Shown: positions 10,425 through 23,618 of the stretch, piece by piece
How the letters are laid out: each line of letters begins with the position of its first letter
How positions within the stretch are numbered: the first letter of the stretch is position 1
Assembly (NCBI GenBank): GCA_963701025.1
Contig: OY969557.1
Coordinates: forward strand, 170,405-234,404
Origin: an uncultured bacterium
GTDB lineage: Bacteria > Patescibacteriota > Minisyncoccia > Phycocordibacterales > PALSA-1337
Reading direction: 5' to 3'
DNA: 64,000 bases
The notes under the pieces: model-generated
Seen by the model: the letters and a program-made list of their open reading frames with translations, nothing else
Database searches by the model: none
What the model was told of the DNA's origin: nothing
Translations under genes and position numbers: made by a program

Positions 10425-11468
10425 ATGCTTAATCCCGATTTAAAATCAAACCCCAAGCTCTTCGACGCCGATGTCGACCAACAGCCTATCCGCGCAGGCT
10501 TCGGCGAGGGATTGCTTAAGGCCGCTGAATTGGACAAGCGCGTTGTCGGCCTGTGTGCTGACCTGACGGAATCGACGCATATGCTGGCATTCAAGCAGAA
10601 ATTCCCGGACAGATTCATCGAGATAGGCGTGGCGGAGCAGAATCTGGCGAGTGTTGCCTCGGGCGTGGCGGCTATGGGCAAGATCCCATTCATAAGCTCG
10701 TACGCGGTCTTCAGCCCCGGCAGGAATTGGGAACAGATCCGCACGACCATCGCCTACAATAATAGACCGGTGAAGATCGCCGGTTCGCACGCGGGCGTGT
10801 CGGTGGGACCGGACGGCGGTAGCCATCAGGCGCTAGAAGATATCGCTCTCATGCGCGTCCTGCCGCGGATGGTGGTGATATCGCCGTGCGATGTCATAGA
10901 GGCTCGCAAAGCCACTATAGCGGCGGCAAAGACTGATTTTCCGACCTATATCAGACTGGCACGCGAGAAGACACCAATAATGACTACCGACGAAACACCA
11001 TTTGAAATAGGAAAAGCGAGTATAGTATTTAGGAGCAAAGAGAAGGGGGGAGTAAGCAGAGAAAAAGAAGTGGGAAGAAAAGAGGGCGGAAAACTAGATG
11101 TGGGTATCATCGCTACGGGCGCATTGCTGTACAAGGCATTGAAAGCCGCCAAACAGCTGGATGAAGTTGGCAAGAAAGTAGCGGTGATGAATCTCGCCAC
11201 TATCAAGCCTTTGGACGAAGACGCCATCATCCGTCTGGCGCATGAAGCCGGCGCCATCGTCACCGTCGAGGAGCATCAGATCATAGGAGGCATGGGCTCG
11301 GCCGTGGCGGAATGTCTCGCCGGGCATTTTCCTGTGCCCGTTGAGTTTGTCGGCATAAAAGACCGATTCGGCCAGTCGGGCAAACCTGATGAGCTCATCG
11401 AATATTACGGCATGGGGGAGAAGAGTATCCTAGAAGCTGTACAGAAAGCTATATTGAGGAAAAAATAA
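10425..11468 (+). CDS. tktB: Transketolase, C-terminal subunit
   Basis: IGVAEQN, GPDGGSHQALED and TVEEH motifs. Confidence 0.93.
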   Translation: MLNPDLKSNPKLFDADVDQQPIRAGFGEGLLKAAELDKRVVGLCADLTESTHMLAFKQKFPDRFIEIGVAEQNLASVASGVAAMGKIPFISSYAVFSPGRNWEQIRTTIAYNNRPVKIAGSHAGVSVGPDGGSHQALEDIALMRVLPRMVVISPCDVIEARKATIAAAKTDFPTYIRLAREKTPIMTTDETPFEIGKASIVFRSKEKGGVSREKEVGRKEGGKLDVGIIATGALLYKALKAAKQLDEVGKKVAVMNLATIKPLDEDAIIRLAHEAGAIVTVEEHQIIGGMGSAVAECLAGHFPVPVEFVGIKDRFGQSGKPDELIEYYGMGEKSILEAVQKAILRKK

Positions 11469-11497
11469 AAATAGCCTGGCTTTTAATGAGAAGCCGG

Positions 11498-11851
11498 CTA
11501 TAGTTGCTCTGTGATTTGATACGTAGGGTTGGTGTCAAATTGTGAAAGTTTGCCCGCGAGCAATTGGCTCTGACCGATGGGGATGTCTCCGATGTACACA
11601 TCGAGATATGTATCTCCCCTGAACGGCGTGAACAAATTGCAGTTCAGGCGTGGCGAACCGCCGCATAACCTTCCGAATTGTCGGATCCATGCCTTGAAAT
11701 CCTCCAAATCGCTGGTCTTGTGGTTTTTCACGATTATGTGCACGTCTTCCCCGCGTAGGATCTTTTCGATTATGTCTTTTTCGACCATACGTCGGCACTC
11801 CTTTTTGCCGTCGCGATTGTAGCACTTATACTTTTGATTGTCTAGAGGCAT
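11498..11851 (-). CDS. Hypothetical protein
   Basis: 117 aa ORF ending at a hairpin (about 11471-11501) shared with the tkt 3' end; start uncertain. Confidence 0.5.
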   Translation of the reverse strand: MPLDNQKYKCYNRDGKKECRRMVEKDIIEKILRGEDVHIIVKNHKTSDLEDFKAWIRQFGRLCGGSPRLNCNLFTPFRGDTYLDVYIGDIPIGQSQLLAGKLSQFDTNPTYQITEQL

Positions 11852-12028
11852 TGTATGTTTCTATTAAAAAGGCCGCGAATTGGTCGTGGCCTAGATTCAT
11901 GCTTCAGCCGAGGTTTTTTCAAACCAGCTCCGGCTGATTCCGATCATTCAAAGGCAGGCCGATTTGTTTCGGCGGCGGTGCGAATCACCCGGAGTGTCAT
12001 TTTTCATAGAATCTGCTATAAATCTAGC

Positions 12029-14365
<2,337 letters not shown>

Positions 14366-14390
14366 AATTTTGATATTGTATAATTAATCT

Positions 14391-15011
14391 ATGGAAACGT
14401 TGGTTACATTAATTACTCTGCCGATAGGATTTCTTAATTTTGGAGGGGGAATTGTCGCAGGAATATGGTTAATAATAGTTGGGAAGTGGATGCTTGTCGT
14501 TGGAGCACTCATTTCAACAGTTATCTCGACTTGGATATTAGGTCTTCTTATGATGCCAACATTGCTTTTGGCCGCACCCATAGCATCGGAGCGAGTACAA
14601 AAAAGTAAATTGCTTGTCTTTATTCTGGGTGGTCTTTCAAATCTGTGGACTTACTTATTAATGTTGCTCTACGGTGTAGGGAGCTTCATGTTTATCTTAG
14701 GGAACTATGATGGTGGAATGATATTACCTTATCTTCTTTTGGCATACTCTGTTGCTACTAGCCCGTGGACATACATGGCTCAGGGAGAATCACAAGCTAA
14801 TAATGGAAATACAGGAATGGGTACACTCATGCCGGTGTTTGGTATATGTGTAGCCTCAATCGTCATGATGATTAAAGTATTTTTGTACGGAAATATTGAT
14901 TTTACATCGCTGGCAGTCGTATGTGTAATTCCGCTAGCGCTCGCATACATTGTACACATGGTCATTATATTTTTGATGTTGAAAGAGAGTGGTAAGGAAC
15001 AAATTAACTAG
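14391..15011 (+). CDS. Multi-pass membrane hypothetical protein (low GC)
   Basis: 206 aa with about 6 hydrophobic segments. Confidence 0.75.
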   Translation: METLVTLITLPIGFLNFGGGIVAGIWLIIVGKWMLVVGALISTVISTWILGLLMMPTLLLAAPIASERVQKSKLLVFILGGLSNLWTYLLMLLYGVGSFMFILGNYDGGMILPYLLLAYSVATSPWTYMAQGESQANNGNTGMGTLMPVFGICVASIVMMIKVFLYGNIDFTSLAVVCVIPLALAYIVHMVIIFLMLKESGKEQIN

Positions 15012-15017
15012 AAAATT

Positions 15018-15494
15018 ATGTCCTTTCAACCATTGTTCCAAAGTGACGAAGCAGGAAAAACCATTTTAGACTTAGCGCATAAGAAATTATTACCCGCCAT
15101 TAGTAGTTTTGAACGACTTGCTGTCGATGTTTCAGATTACCGTCTTACTTTCTGGAGTAGTGTCTATAGACGAAAGTTTAAAAAACTTGAAAGTGATTTT
15201 GCCAAACAAAATAAGGATTTTCTATCTCTCTATCATCTATACAGCACTCCGGACGATTTGTTTGCCACATATTTTGATGCTACCGAAAAAGACCCAGGTC
15301 TTTCAGGAAGAATGGTTGCGGATTATTTTTCTAGTCGGCCAATGATTGAAAAAACATTTTCAGAAGGATTTAAACTTACAGAAATTATCGACAGGCAATT
15401 AGTAAGATACTCACAATCAGCAGACCAACGAGTTGCAACTGTTCTTGCGATTCTTGCGATCACTATTTCGTTGATTTCTCTTTTTTATAAGTAA
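15018..15494 (+). CDS. Hypothetical protein with C-terminal TM helix
   Basis: 158 aa ORF 6 nt after the previous gene. Confidence 0.7.
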   Translation: MSFQPLFQSDEAGKTILDLAHKKLLPAISSFERLAVDVSDYRLTFWSSVYRRKFKKLESDFAKQNKDFLSLYHLYSTPDDLFATYFDATEKDPGLSGRMVADYFSSRPMIEKTFSEGFKLTEIIDRQLVRYSQSADQRVATVLAILAITISLISLFYK

Positions 15495-15495
15495 C

Positions 15496-15760
15496 ATGCC
15501 CTCCTTCACCCCCAAACCGACAAAGCAAGTCCTTATGCTCGCGACCGCCCTCGAGAAGCGGGGCGTGGCATAGAGTGGAGCATTAGGATGGCCACAAGCA
15601 TATCGACATCTACATCCCCAAGGACTGTCTCTATATCGAAGTGGACGGATTGCCGCATTACCATTAGCGCTACTTCACCAAGCGCATCGCCAATGAGACG
15701 ATCGAGAGTCATGTCGAGGAGATTGCTGATGCCATCGCCACGGTCGCCGAGAACGCCCCG
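15496..15760 (+). pseudogene. Decayed DUF559/Vsr-like endonuclease
   Basis: LATALEKRGV ... DGHKHIDIYIPKDCLYIEVDGLPH ... RIANETIE, broken by TAG stops and a frameshift. Confidence 0.65.
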
Positions 15761-16294
15761 AATCGGCTGGGGGAGAGGGTGCTCAAAAGTTAAATTTTAC
15801 TTACAACACAAAAATCTGTTTGACGGAACTTGCACGCCGAAGAATTTTTGTTAAACTTATTTCATTACAGACGGTAAGTTGATTCTCGGGATGAAAGGCG
15901 ATACGAAAAACTGAATAATTCACTGGTTCATTCAGGAAGTGACCGAACAACTTCTCTATGAACAAGGAAGTAAGGCATGCCACGAAAGGCAAAAGGGCCG
16001 AGTAGGGCAGTCGCGAGGCAATATAACTGATATTGTTCTAAAGTGGGTGCAGATAAACTGAATCACCCCATATTCACCTACATGTGAGGCGTTGGTCTGC
16101 AGACCGGTATCTCTCATGGAATATGTCGGACAAGTGGCGTCGGTTGGTCGCCAGTCCATGAGATTCCGGGTAGGCTCGGAAGATCATCAAAAATAAAAGC
16201 TGAAGCAACCCCTCGCCTGCGAGTAAAATCTAATCTCGCCTTCCTGAATGAGTCAGGGAATTTTAGTACATTAATAGCTTAATAATTTAAATAT

Positions 16295-16807
16295 ATGATC
16301 AGAGAAAACAAGAATAATATTGTGATTTATGAAGACAAGAATGGTAATGTCGAGCTACGAGCGGATATCGAAAAAGATACTTTATGGACGACACAGAAGA
16401 TGATGGCTACGCTTTTCGATTGTTCTCCTGATAATGTGTCTCTGCATTTAAAAAACATTTTTAATGATGGAGAGCTTGATGAGAGTTCAGTTACCGAGGA
16501 ATTCTCGGTAACTGCAAGCGATGGCAAGAAATACAAGGTTATTCACTATAACCTCGATGCCATAATCGCAATCGGCTACCGCGTCAACTCAAAAAAGGCT
16601 ACGCAATTTCGTATCTGGGCAACAGGCGTATTGCGAAAGTATCTGACCAGTGGCTATTCGCTCAATCAGTACAAACTTGAGAAATCACCGAAGGCCTTAC
16701 TCGACCTCTATAATGCCATGGCACTCATAGATTCCAAAGGACCCGGCGGCAAATTCAAAGGCAAAATTACGATCAAACTGACCGAGGACTTTGACCCTCG
16801 CAAATAG
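16295..16807 (+). CDS. RhuM-family DNA-binding protein (short form)
   Basis: LWTTQKMMATLF, HLKNIF, YNLDAIIAIGYRVNSKKATQFRIWA motifs. Confidence 0.88.
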   Translation: MIRENKNNIVIYEDKNGNVELRADIEKDTLWTTQKMMATLFDCSPDNVSLHLKNIFNDGELDESSVTEEFSVTASDGKKYKVIHYNLDAIIAIGYRVNSKKATQFRIWATGVLRKYLTSGYSLNQYKLEKSPKALLDLYNAMALIDSKGPGGKFKGKITIKLTEDFDPRK

Positions 16808-16831
16808 ACGAAAAAGCGCTATACTACCCTC

Positions 16832-17605
16832 ATGCTATACACCATCATCATAGTCGTCGTCATACTCCTTGCCTTATCACTAAAAGTTGTTAAGGAATAT
16901 GACCGCGGCGTTATCTTCTTCCTGGGCAAGTGCACAGGCGTCAGAGGTCCGGGATTGATCATCCTCATCCCTATATTGGAGTGCATGACCAAGGTGACCC
17001 TGCGCACCATTACCATGAATATCCCATCGCAGAAGATCATAACCAAGGATAACGTCTCCATAGATATAGCCGCGGTGGCCTATTATCACATCGTCGATCC
17101 CATGAAATCGGTCGTAGCCATAGAGAACGTCTATGACGCGGTCAATCAGATCAGCCAGACCACCGTCAGGAATATCGTGGGCAAGTTCTCGTTGGATCAG
17201 TTGCTATCACAGACGGGGGATATCAATGTCCAGATCAAGGATGTCATCGATGCCCACACGGAGCCGTGGGGCGCACAAGTGACGGCGGTGGAGATCAAGG
17301 ACATCGTCCTGCCGGACAATATGCAGAGAGCCATGGCCAAAGAAGCCGAAGCCGAGCGCGAGCGCCGGGCCAAGATCGTAGCCGCCCAGGGCGAATTCCA
17401 GGCCGCCGTCAAGCTCGGTGAGGCCGCGGATATCATCGCTATGCACCCGGTGGCTCTCCAGCTCCGCACCCTCCAGACCATGTCGGAGATAGCCACGGAA
17501 AAGAATTCCACCATCATATTCCCGGCCCAATTCATGACCACGGTGCAGGAGGCCATTGCGACGATAAAAGGCGACTCGGCAAAAGGCGATTCGAAGAACA
17601 AATAA
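16832..17605 (+). CDS. SPFH/stomatin (slipin) family protein
   Basis: N-terminal [25 protein letters not shown] and ALQLRTLQT motifs. Confidence 0.93.
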   Translation: MLYTIIIVVVILLALSLKVVKEYDRGVIFFLGKCTGVRGPGLIILIPILECMTKVTLRTITMNIPSQKIITKDNVSIDIAAVAYYHIVDPMKSVVAIENVYDAVNQISQTTVRNIVGKFSLDQLLSQTGDINVQIKDVIDAHTEPWGAQVTAVEIKDIVLPDNMQRAMAKEAEAERERRAKIVAAQGEFQAAVKLGEAADIIAMHPVALQLRTLQTMSEIATEKNSTIIFPAQFMTTVQEAIATIKGDSAKGDSKNK

Positions 17606-17659
17606 CGGATAGTTTATACCCTTCATACTCCATACCGTATACGTTATACTTATACTGTC

Positions 17660-18457
17660 ATGCCCGGCCAAGCGACACCCAAGAAAGAGAAGATCCTCAT
17701 CATAGAAAGCGATGGCGCTTTGGGCGAACGGATCGCCGACGCCTTGCGCCGTGAAGGATATACAGTCTTCCTCGTGAAGGATGGTCTCGAAGGAATGAAA
17801 AGCATATTGGATATCCTGCCTCACCTCGTCCTCATGGACGTGGTCCTCTCCGGAACGGACGCATACGACATCTTGGAGAAGAAGCAGGCAGAACCGATGC
17901 TGGCCAAAATACCCGTCTTCCTCCTCTCCACCCAAGGAGTGCCCATAAACATGCGCCGAGTGCCAGAAGGCAGCGCGGTGGAATTCATGATGGCCATCAA
18001 TATCGATCCGGCCGACGTCATTGATAAGGTTAACCGCCAGTTCGGCCACGAGATATCGAGCGCCCCCGTTTCATCTGGTAGCGCGACTCCAAAAAAGAAA
18101 GTCCTCTGGGTGGAGGACGATAAGCTCATAGGCACTATCCTCGCCAAGAAGCTGGTCTCGTCCGGCATCGATCTCTTTCATGCCAAGAACGGGGAAGAGG
18201 CCTTGGAAGCGCTGAAAGTAAGCATTCCGGACGTCATCGTCTTGGACCTCATCCTTCCCGGCATGAGCGGCTTTGATATCCTCCAAAAGATCAGAATGGA
18301 CGAGCGGCTGAAGAAGATACCCGTGATGATCCTGTCCAATTTGAGCAAGCAGAGCGACATCGAGCGGGCCAAGTTGCTCGGCGCGCAGAAATTCATGGTC
18401 AAGGCCGCCTCTTCGCTCGATCAGATAGCTTCCGAAGTTTATGGTTTATCGGCTTGA
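17660..18457 (+). CDS. Tandem receiver-domain response regulator without output domain
   Basis: Two REC repeats (ILIIESD..LMDVVL; VLWVEDD..LDLILPGMSG). Confidence 0.88.
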   Translation: MPGQATPKKEKILIIESDGALGERIADALRREGYTVFLVKDGLEGMKSILDILPHLVLMDVVLSGTDAYDILEKKQAEPMLAKIPVFLLSTQGVPINMRRVPEGSAVEFMMAINIDPADVIDKVNRQFGHEISSAPVSSGSATPKKKVLWVEDDKLIGTILAKKLVSSGIDLFHAKNGEEALEALKVSIPDVIVLDLILPGMSGFDILQKIRMDERLKKIPVMILSNLSKQSDIERAKLLGAQKFMVKAASSLDQIASEVYGLSA

Positions 18458-18575
18458 TCGTCCGAAATCTTAGGCGAAAATTTATCGGATCTTCATCGTT
18501 TCTTGAGCGATTCTTGAGCGTTTCTTTATCGTCTTGGGTGTACAGTGCTGGATTATCAGCTCAAATAATACCAGC

Positions 18576-18824
18576 ATGTCATTAGAACAAAAGGATCTGG
18601 AGCTCATCGAACGCATCATTTACAAGAACGGCGACGATATCGCCGTGTCCATAGGCCGCTCTTTCGAGCGGCTCGAGGAACGCATAGACGCGGCCGAATC
18701 GAGGACATATTCCCGGCTAGCCGAAGTGGAAGATAAGATCGAAGCAGGCCGACAAGATACGACCGATTCGCTCGGAGATATCCGAGAAGAGGTCAGGGAA
18801 CTGCGTAAAATCGACGTTGAATGA
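18576..18824 (+). CDS. Small coiled-coil hypothetical protein
   Basis: MSLEQKDLELIERIIYKNGDDIAVSI..., heptad pattern. Confidence 0.65.
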   Translation: MSLEQKDLELIERIIYKNGDDIAVSIGRSFERLEERIDAAESRTYSRLAEVEDKIEAGRQDTTDSLGDIREEVRELRKIDVE

Positions 18825-18870
18825 GGACTATTTCGGATAAGACCCATTCCCAGTAGGCTTATTCTGGGTT

Positions 18871-20343
18871 CTATTTTTTGGCGATCCGATAACCTCTGCT
18901 GGAATCGATGACTTCGAAACCGCGCGCCTCTATCTCGAGCCGGAAGCCGTCGGCTTTAGCCCAGTCTTTCTCGGCGCGGGCTTGCTCGCGGGCTTCGGCC
19001 AGGGCTTTGACGTCGGTGGGGATGTCTTCTTCGGCAGTTTCATCCATCTTTGGCACGGAGGCGATCTTGAGCCCAAGGACTCGATCGAAATCGAGGATAG
19101 TCGCGCGCTTATCGGCGGCAGACGGCGCGGTATCTTTGATGAGGTCCCAAATGAGGGCTATGGCCTGCGGCGTATCAATATCATCCCCGATAAAGGCCCC
19201 GAATCGCTCTTTATACGCGGGAATGACCTTCCCGCCTTCCGGATAGCCGGAAACGGCCGCCATGAGCCGTATAAGGCCATTCTGGGCGGCTCCGACGGCC
19301 TCATAGGTGAAGTTGACCGGCGAACGGTAGTGGGCGGTCAAGAGCCAATAACGGTAGGCGAGGGGAGAGACCGATTTTTCCTGCAAATCCTGTAGAGTGA
19401 TGAAGCCCCCATCTGATTTTGCCATCTTGGATTCACGCAGGGTGACAAAAGCATTATGCAGCCAGTAGTTCGCCAGCGGCACGCCGTAGGCCGCTTCGGA
19501 CTGGGCGATCTCATTGTTATGGTGAACCGGTATATGGTCGACGCCGCCGGTGTGGATGTCGAACGGCTGACCTAGGTATTTCCTGGACATAGCCGAACAC
19601 TCGACGTGCCAGCCCGGAAATCCTTTGCCCCACGGGCTATCCCAGCCGATGTCAGTGCCGTCAGATCCGCGATTCAATTTCCAGACGACGAAGTCAGCCT
19701 GATGTTTCTTGTCGGCACTGATGCCCACGCGCGGATTTTCCTCGAGGCTCCTTTTGAGGTCTTTGGCGCCCCCCCCGTCATTCTTTTCTGTCTTTCCCTT
19801 TCCTGCTTTTCCCAGCTTGCCGTATCCTTTGAATTTTTCCGTGTCGAAATAGACTCCGTCGGCAAGGGCATAGACGAAACCTTTGTTTTCGAGCTCTTTG
19901 ACGAGCTCAATATCCTCGGCGATGTGTTCGCTAGCGCGCGGAAATTCCGCGGGCAGTTCGATGTTCAATTCTTTCAGATCTTCGATGAACAAGTTGAAAT
20001 ATTTCTCGCCGACCTCTTTCATGGCCGCCAAGGTGAGAGGCATGTTCTCGCGGACGAGGGCCTTGGTCATCTTGTCTTCTCCGGAATCAGCGTCGCTCGA
20101 GAGATGCCCGACATCGGTGACATTGATGATCTGCTTGACCGAAAGACCGGCGTATTCGAGCGTGCGCCGGAGGGTGTCGGCGAAGACATAGGCGCGCAGA
20201 TTGCCTATGTGGGCGCGATCGTAGACCGTCGGCCCGCAGTTGTACATCGACACTTCGCCTTCCTTGAGCGGCTTAAAGACCTCTTTCTTTCCGGACAGAG
20301 TGTTGTGCAATTCAATCTTGATTTTTACCTTTTCACTTTTCAC
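18871..20343 (-). CDS. cysS: Cysteine--tRNA ligase
   Basis: CGPTVY, HIGN, PGWHVECS and KMAKS motifs. Confidence 0.97.
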   Translation of the reverse strand: MKSEKVKIKIELHNTLSGKKEVFKPLKEGEVSMYNCGPTVYDRAHIGNLRAYVFADTLRRTLEYAGLSVKQIINVTDVGHLSSDADSGEDKMTKALVRENMPLTLAAMKEVGEKYFNLFIEDLKELNIELPAEFPRASEHIAEDIELVKELENKGFVYALADGVYFDTEKFKGYGKLGKAGKGKTEKNDGGGAKDLKRSLEENPRVGISADKKHQADFVVWKLNRGSDGTDIGWDSPWGKGFPGWHVECSAMSRKYLGQPFDIHTGGVDHIPVHHNNEIAQSEAAYGVPLANYWLHNAFVTLRESKMAKSDGGFITLQDLQEKSVSPLAYRYWLLTAHYRSPVNFTYEAVGAAQNGLIRLMAAVSGYPEGGKVIPAYKERFGAFIGDDIDTPQAIALIWDLIKDTAPSAADKRATILDFDRVLGLKIASVPKMDETAEEDIPTDVKALAEAREQARAEKDWAKADGFRLEIEARGFEVIDSSRGYRIAKK

Positions 20344-20355
20344 GTTTACCTTTTT

Positions 20356-21279
20356 TCATACCCACCGTTTCCGCTTGAAATACAGCCAGATGCCTACGGT
20401 GATGACGGCCATGCTGGCCATTATGAGTAACCAGCCGTATGGCTTATCGATGAGGGGCACTCCAGCCGACGGTATGGTGAATATAGAAGCGATGAATGTC
20501 AACGGGTAGAAGATAAAGGCGACAAGGGTCAGGACCTTGATGATCTCGTTCTGGTGGGTATTGAGCAGGGAATCGTTGGTCTCTCGCAAGTCGGTCAGGA
20601 GCTCACGGGCGTTGACGATGAGTTCGTGTATATGGGTAAAATCATCTTTGATGTTTTCTACGTATACTTCGAAATCGGCCCCAAACATGGTCTTTTCGGA
20701 GCGTTGGCGGAGCTCTTCCCAGATGTCATTGTGGATACGGGCGGTCTGCTTGAAATCGATGAGCTCGCGGTTCAGATTTGAGAGAGTCTCTACCATGTTG
20801 CGCTCGTCGCCTTTGAAGATGCGGGCTTCGGCCAATATGATGGCATCTCGTATATTCTCCAGATCCTGGCGCATGCCGGCATAGAGCCTCTTGACCATGT
20901 AGTAGAAGATATGACCCGCGTGGGATATCTTCTCTTCTTTGCCGAGGATCTCGTTGGCCTCGAATATCTTGCCGAAATATTCCAGCTGTTCGATAGCCTC
21001 ATAGCGCGAGGTTATGAGGAAATTCCTGCCGATGACGAAGTCCACTTCGCGGTCGACGACGACATACGAGCCGTCCCGACGAGCCCGGACCGGCAGGGTA
21101 AGGACGATGAGAGTGTAATCCTTGTAAAAGTCTATCTTTGCCAGCGAAGGAGAGCTCCGGAGCTCTTCGCCGACGAGCGGATGTAGATCGTACCGTTTGA
21201 CCAGGCTAGCGATCTCATTGTCGTCAGGCGATTCCATGTCTATCCAGACGATGCCGCGGTAGGTGTGAGTAGTAGTCAT
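20356..21279 (-). CDS. corA: CorA-family divalent cation transporter
   Basis: VWID, LHPL, NEIIKVLT and two C-terminal TMs; the GMN signature is not canonical. Confidence 0.8.
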   Translation of the reverse strand: MTTTHTYRGIVWIDMESPDDNEIASLVKRYDLHPLVGEELRSSPSLAKIDFYKDYTLIVLTLPVRARRDGSYVVVDREVDFVIGRNFLITSRYEAIEQLEYFGKIFEANEILGKEEKISHAGHIFYYMVKRLYAGMRQDLENIRDAIILAEARIFKGDERNMVETLSNLNRELIDFKQTARIHNDIWEELRQRSEKTMFGADFEVYVENIKDDFTHIHELIVNARELLTDLRETNDSLLNTHQNEIIKVLTLVAFIFYPLTFIASIFTIPSAGVPLIDKPYGWLLIMASMAVITVGIWLYFKRKRWV

Positions 21280-21331
21280 GGCCCTATTATAACGGATTGT
21301 TTTATGCAATAATAGGGTACTTTCGAATACC

Positions 21332-22546
21332 ATGCGGGCTGATTTCAACTTCAAGAATAAATACGTGCCGACCGTCATTGTCGCTGTCATCCTCATCGCG
21401 GCGGCTTTTTGGATCGGTCTTTCCGTCGGGGAAGGGAAGTCTCCAGCGCCTCATTCCGATCTGACCGACACGGACGTGGTCACCCAGGACCAATTCGCCC
21501 CCTTCTGGAAAGCCTGGCAGGTTCTGAATGAAAAAGACCTGACTGCGGCTTCAACCAGCGTGCAGGATAGGATATGGGGCTCTATCCAAGGTCTGGCGGC
21601 CTCATATAACGATCCGTACACGGTCTTCTTCCCGCCGACCGAGGCGAAGATGTTCAACGACGACATAGCCGGAGACTTTGAAGGCGTCGGCATGGAGATC
21701 GGCATCAAGAACAATCAGCTCGTGGTGGTGGCTCCGCTCAAGGGCAGTCCGGCGGAGGCGGCTGGGGTGAAAAGCGGCGATGCTATCTTGAAGATAGATG
21801 CCACCTCTACTGACGGTATGAGCGCCGACCAAGCTGTTCAGTTCATCAGAGGACCGAAGGGAAGCACGGTCACTATCACTTTCCTGCCCGTCGGAGCCCA
21901 GACGCCGGTCGTCCGGAAGATCGTTCGCGATATCATCAATATACCGACCCTCGATACGGATGTGACTCATCCGGGCGTGTTCGTCATCAAGCTCTACAGC
22001 TTCACTGCTTCTTCCCCAGATCTTTTCCGGGAAGCTCTTCGTCAGTTCGTGCTCTCCGGCGACCATAAGTTGATTCTCGACTTGCGCGGTGATCCCGGCG
22101 GCTATCTCGACGCGGCCTGGGATATGGCCTCGTGGTTCTTGCCGGCGGGAAAAGTCATCGTCACCGAGGATTTCGGGCCTAACGAAGCTCCGAACGTCTA
22201 CCGGAGCAAAGGATATAACGTCTTTAACAGCAGTCTAGACATGTTCATCCTCGTCGATAATGGTTCGGCTTCAGCCTCCGAGATATTGGCTGGTGCCCTC
22301 CAAGAACAAGGCGTAGCCAAACTCGTAGGTACGAAGACTTTCGGCAAAGGCGTGGTCCAGGAGCTCGTGCCTATCACCGCCGATACCTCGCTCAAAGTCA
22401 CCATCGCCCGATGGCTCACGCCGCTCGGCCACAATCTCTCCCATGACGGTCTTGATCCGGATTATCCGGTAACGGCCACGTCATCGAATCCGACGGTCGA
22501 CCCGATCATGAATAAAGCTCTCCAGCTCTTATCAGCTAAACCGTAA
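21332..22546 (+). CDS. ctpA: S41 carboxy-terminal processing protease (PDZ)
   Basis: GVGMEI, LDLRGDPGG, SASASEI and TFGKG motifs. Confidence 0.93.
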   Translation: MRADFNFKNKYVPTVIVAVILIAAAFWIGLSVGEGKSPAPHSDLTDTDVVTQDQFAPFWKAWQVLNEKDLTAASTSVQDRIWGSIQGLAASYNDPYTVFFPPTEAKMFNDDIAGDFEGVGMEIGIKNNQLVVVAPLKGSPAEAAGVKSGDAILKIDATSTDGMSADQAVQFIRGPKGSTVTITFLPVGAQTPVVRKIVRDIINIPTLDTDVTHPGVFVIKLYSFTASSPDLFREALRQFVLSGDHKLILDLRGDPGGYLDAAWDMASWFLPAGKVIVTEDFGPNEAPNVYRSKGYNVFNSSLDMFILVDNGSASASEILAGALQEQGVAKLVGTKTFGKGVVQELVPITADTSLKVTIARWLTPLGHNLSHDGLDPDYPVTATSSNPTVDPIMNKALQLLSAKP

Positions 22547-22555
22547 TAAGCTAAC

Positions 22556-22999
22556 ATGAAAGTCATACTCATTAACGACGTGCCGAAGCTCGGCAAGAAA
22601 CACGACGTGAAAGACGTGAGCAATGGCCACGCCCTCAATCTGCTCCTGCCGCAAGGTTTGGCCATAGCCGCCACGCCCCAGGCGCTCAAACGCGCCATCG
22701 TAGAGAAAGCAAAAACCGAAGGGGAGAGGAAAGTCCATGAAGAGCTCCTGATGCAGAATCTGAAGTCCTTGGAAGATGTCAGCATAACCATTTCAGGCAA
22801 AGCCAATGAAAAAGGCCATCTCTTCGCCGGCCTCCATCGCGAGGCCATAGCCAAGGAATTGGCTGCCCAAGCGCATGTTCAGATAGATCCGTCCTTTATA
22901 CAGCTGGATGAGCCCATCAAGACCGTCGGTGAGCATGAGATAGAGATAAAAGTGGCAGGGAATTCAGCAAAGTTTAAAGTGGTTATTCAAGCGGTCTAG
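22556..22999 (+). CDS. rplI: 50S ribosomal protein L9
   Basis: MKVIL..DV.KLGK, GHALNLLLPQGLA and PIKTVGEH motifs. Confidence 0.95.
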   Translation: MKVILINDVPKLGKKHDVKDVSNGHALNLLLPQGLAIAATPQALKRAIVEKAKTEGERKVHEELLMQNLKSLEDVSITISGKANEKGHLFAGLHREAIAKELAAQAHVQIDPSFIQLDEPIKTVGEHEIEIKVAGNSAKFKVVIQAV

Positions 23000-23022
23000 C
23001 TTGCCTAGGTATTAAGATCAAT

Positions 23023-23044
23023 CCACTTTAGTTGACTAAAGTGG
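23023..23044. repeat. REP-like palindrome CACTTTAGT-TG-ACTAAAGTG, copy 2
   Basis: Reverse complement of the 9448-9467 core. Confidence 0.75.
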
Positions 23045-23049
23045 TTAAG

Positions 23050-23078
23050 AAAAAGGCTCCACTACCAGGAGTCTTTTT
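23050..23078. terminator. Bidirectional intrinsic terminator between rplI and rpmA
   Basis: AAAAAGGCTCC-loop-GGAGTCTTTTT between convergent genes. Confidence 0.7.
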
Positions 23079-23100
23079 CGAAAATTTCACTTATTTGAAA

Positions 23101-23376
23101 CTACCCATTCACATGCACGATGCCTTTTCTGACGATGTCGTTGTTAAAACCGGTCTTGCGCTTGGTTGAGAATTCTACGAGGCCTTCTTTCATGGCGAAT
23201 AGAGTATGATCCTTGCCCATGCCGACGTTCTTGCCGGGCATGACGGTCGTGCCGCGCTGGCGGACGATGATCTGGCCAGGCATGGCTTTTTGGCCATGGT
23301 TCAGCTTGACCCCGAGGTATTGCGGGTTTGAATCGCGTCCGTTCTTGGATGAGCCTGCGGCTTTTTTGTGTGCCAT
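23101..23376 (-). CDS. rpmA: 50S ribosomal protein L27
   Basis: [16 protein letters not shown] and IIVRQRG motifs. Confidence 0.97.
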   Translation of the reverse strand: MAHKKAAGSSKNGRDSNPQYLGVKLNHGQKAMPGQIIVRQRGTTVMPGKNVGMGKDHTLFAMKEGLVEFSTKRKTGFNNDIVRKGIVHVNG

Positions 23377-23618
23377 ATAATGAGATTAACATATAAGTGT
23401 TTTTGGCGCAATGTGGCTCAATATCAAGGCGCTAAATCCGCTATGAGGACGAAAAGCCGTGAAGTGGCTCTAAATAAGGGTATTTATACATAAAAATATG
23501 GCCTAGTTGAGCCATATTATGTCTGTGAGGGCATTGACATTGGACTTGCAATCTGCTAGACTGTACCGCAAATGAGCTAGTGAGCGTCATGCTTGCGTAG
23601 CTCGTTTTTAATTTACCT

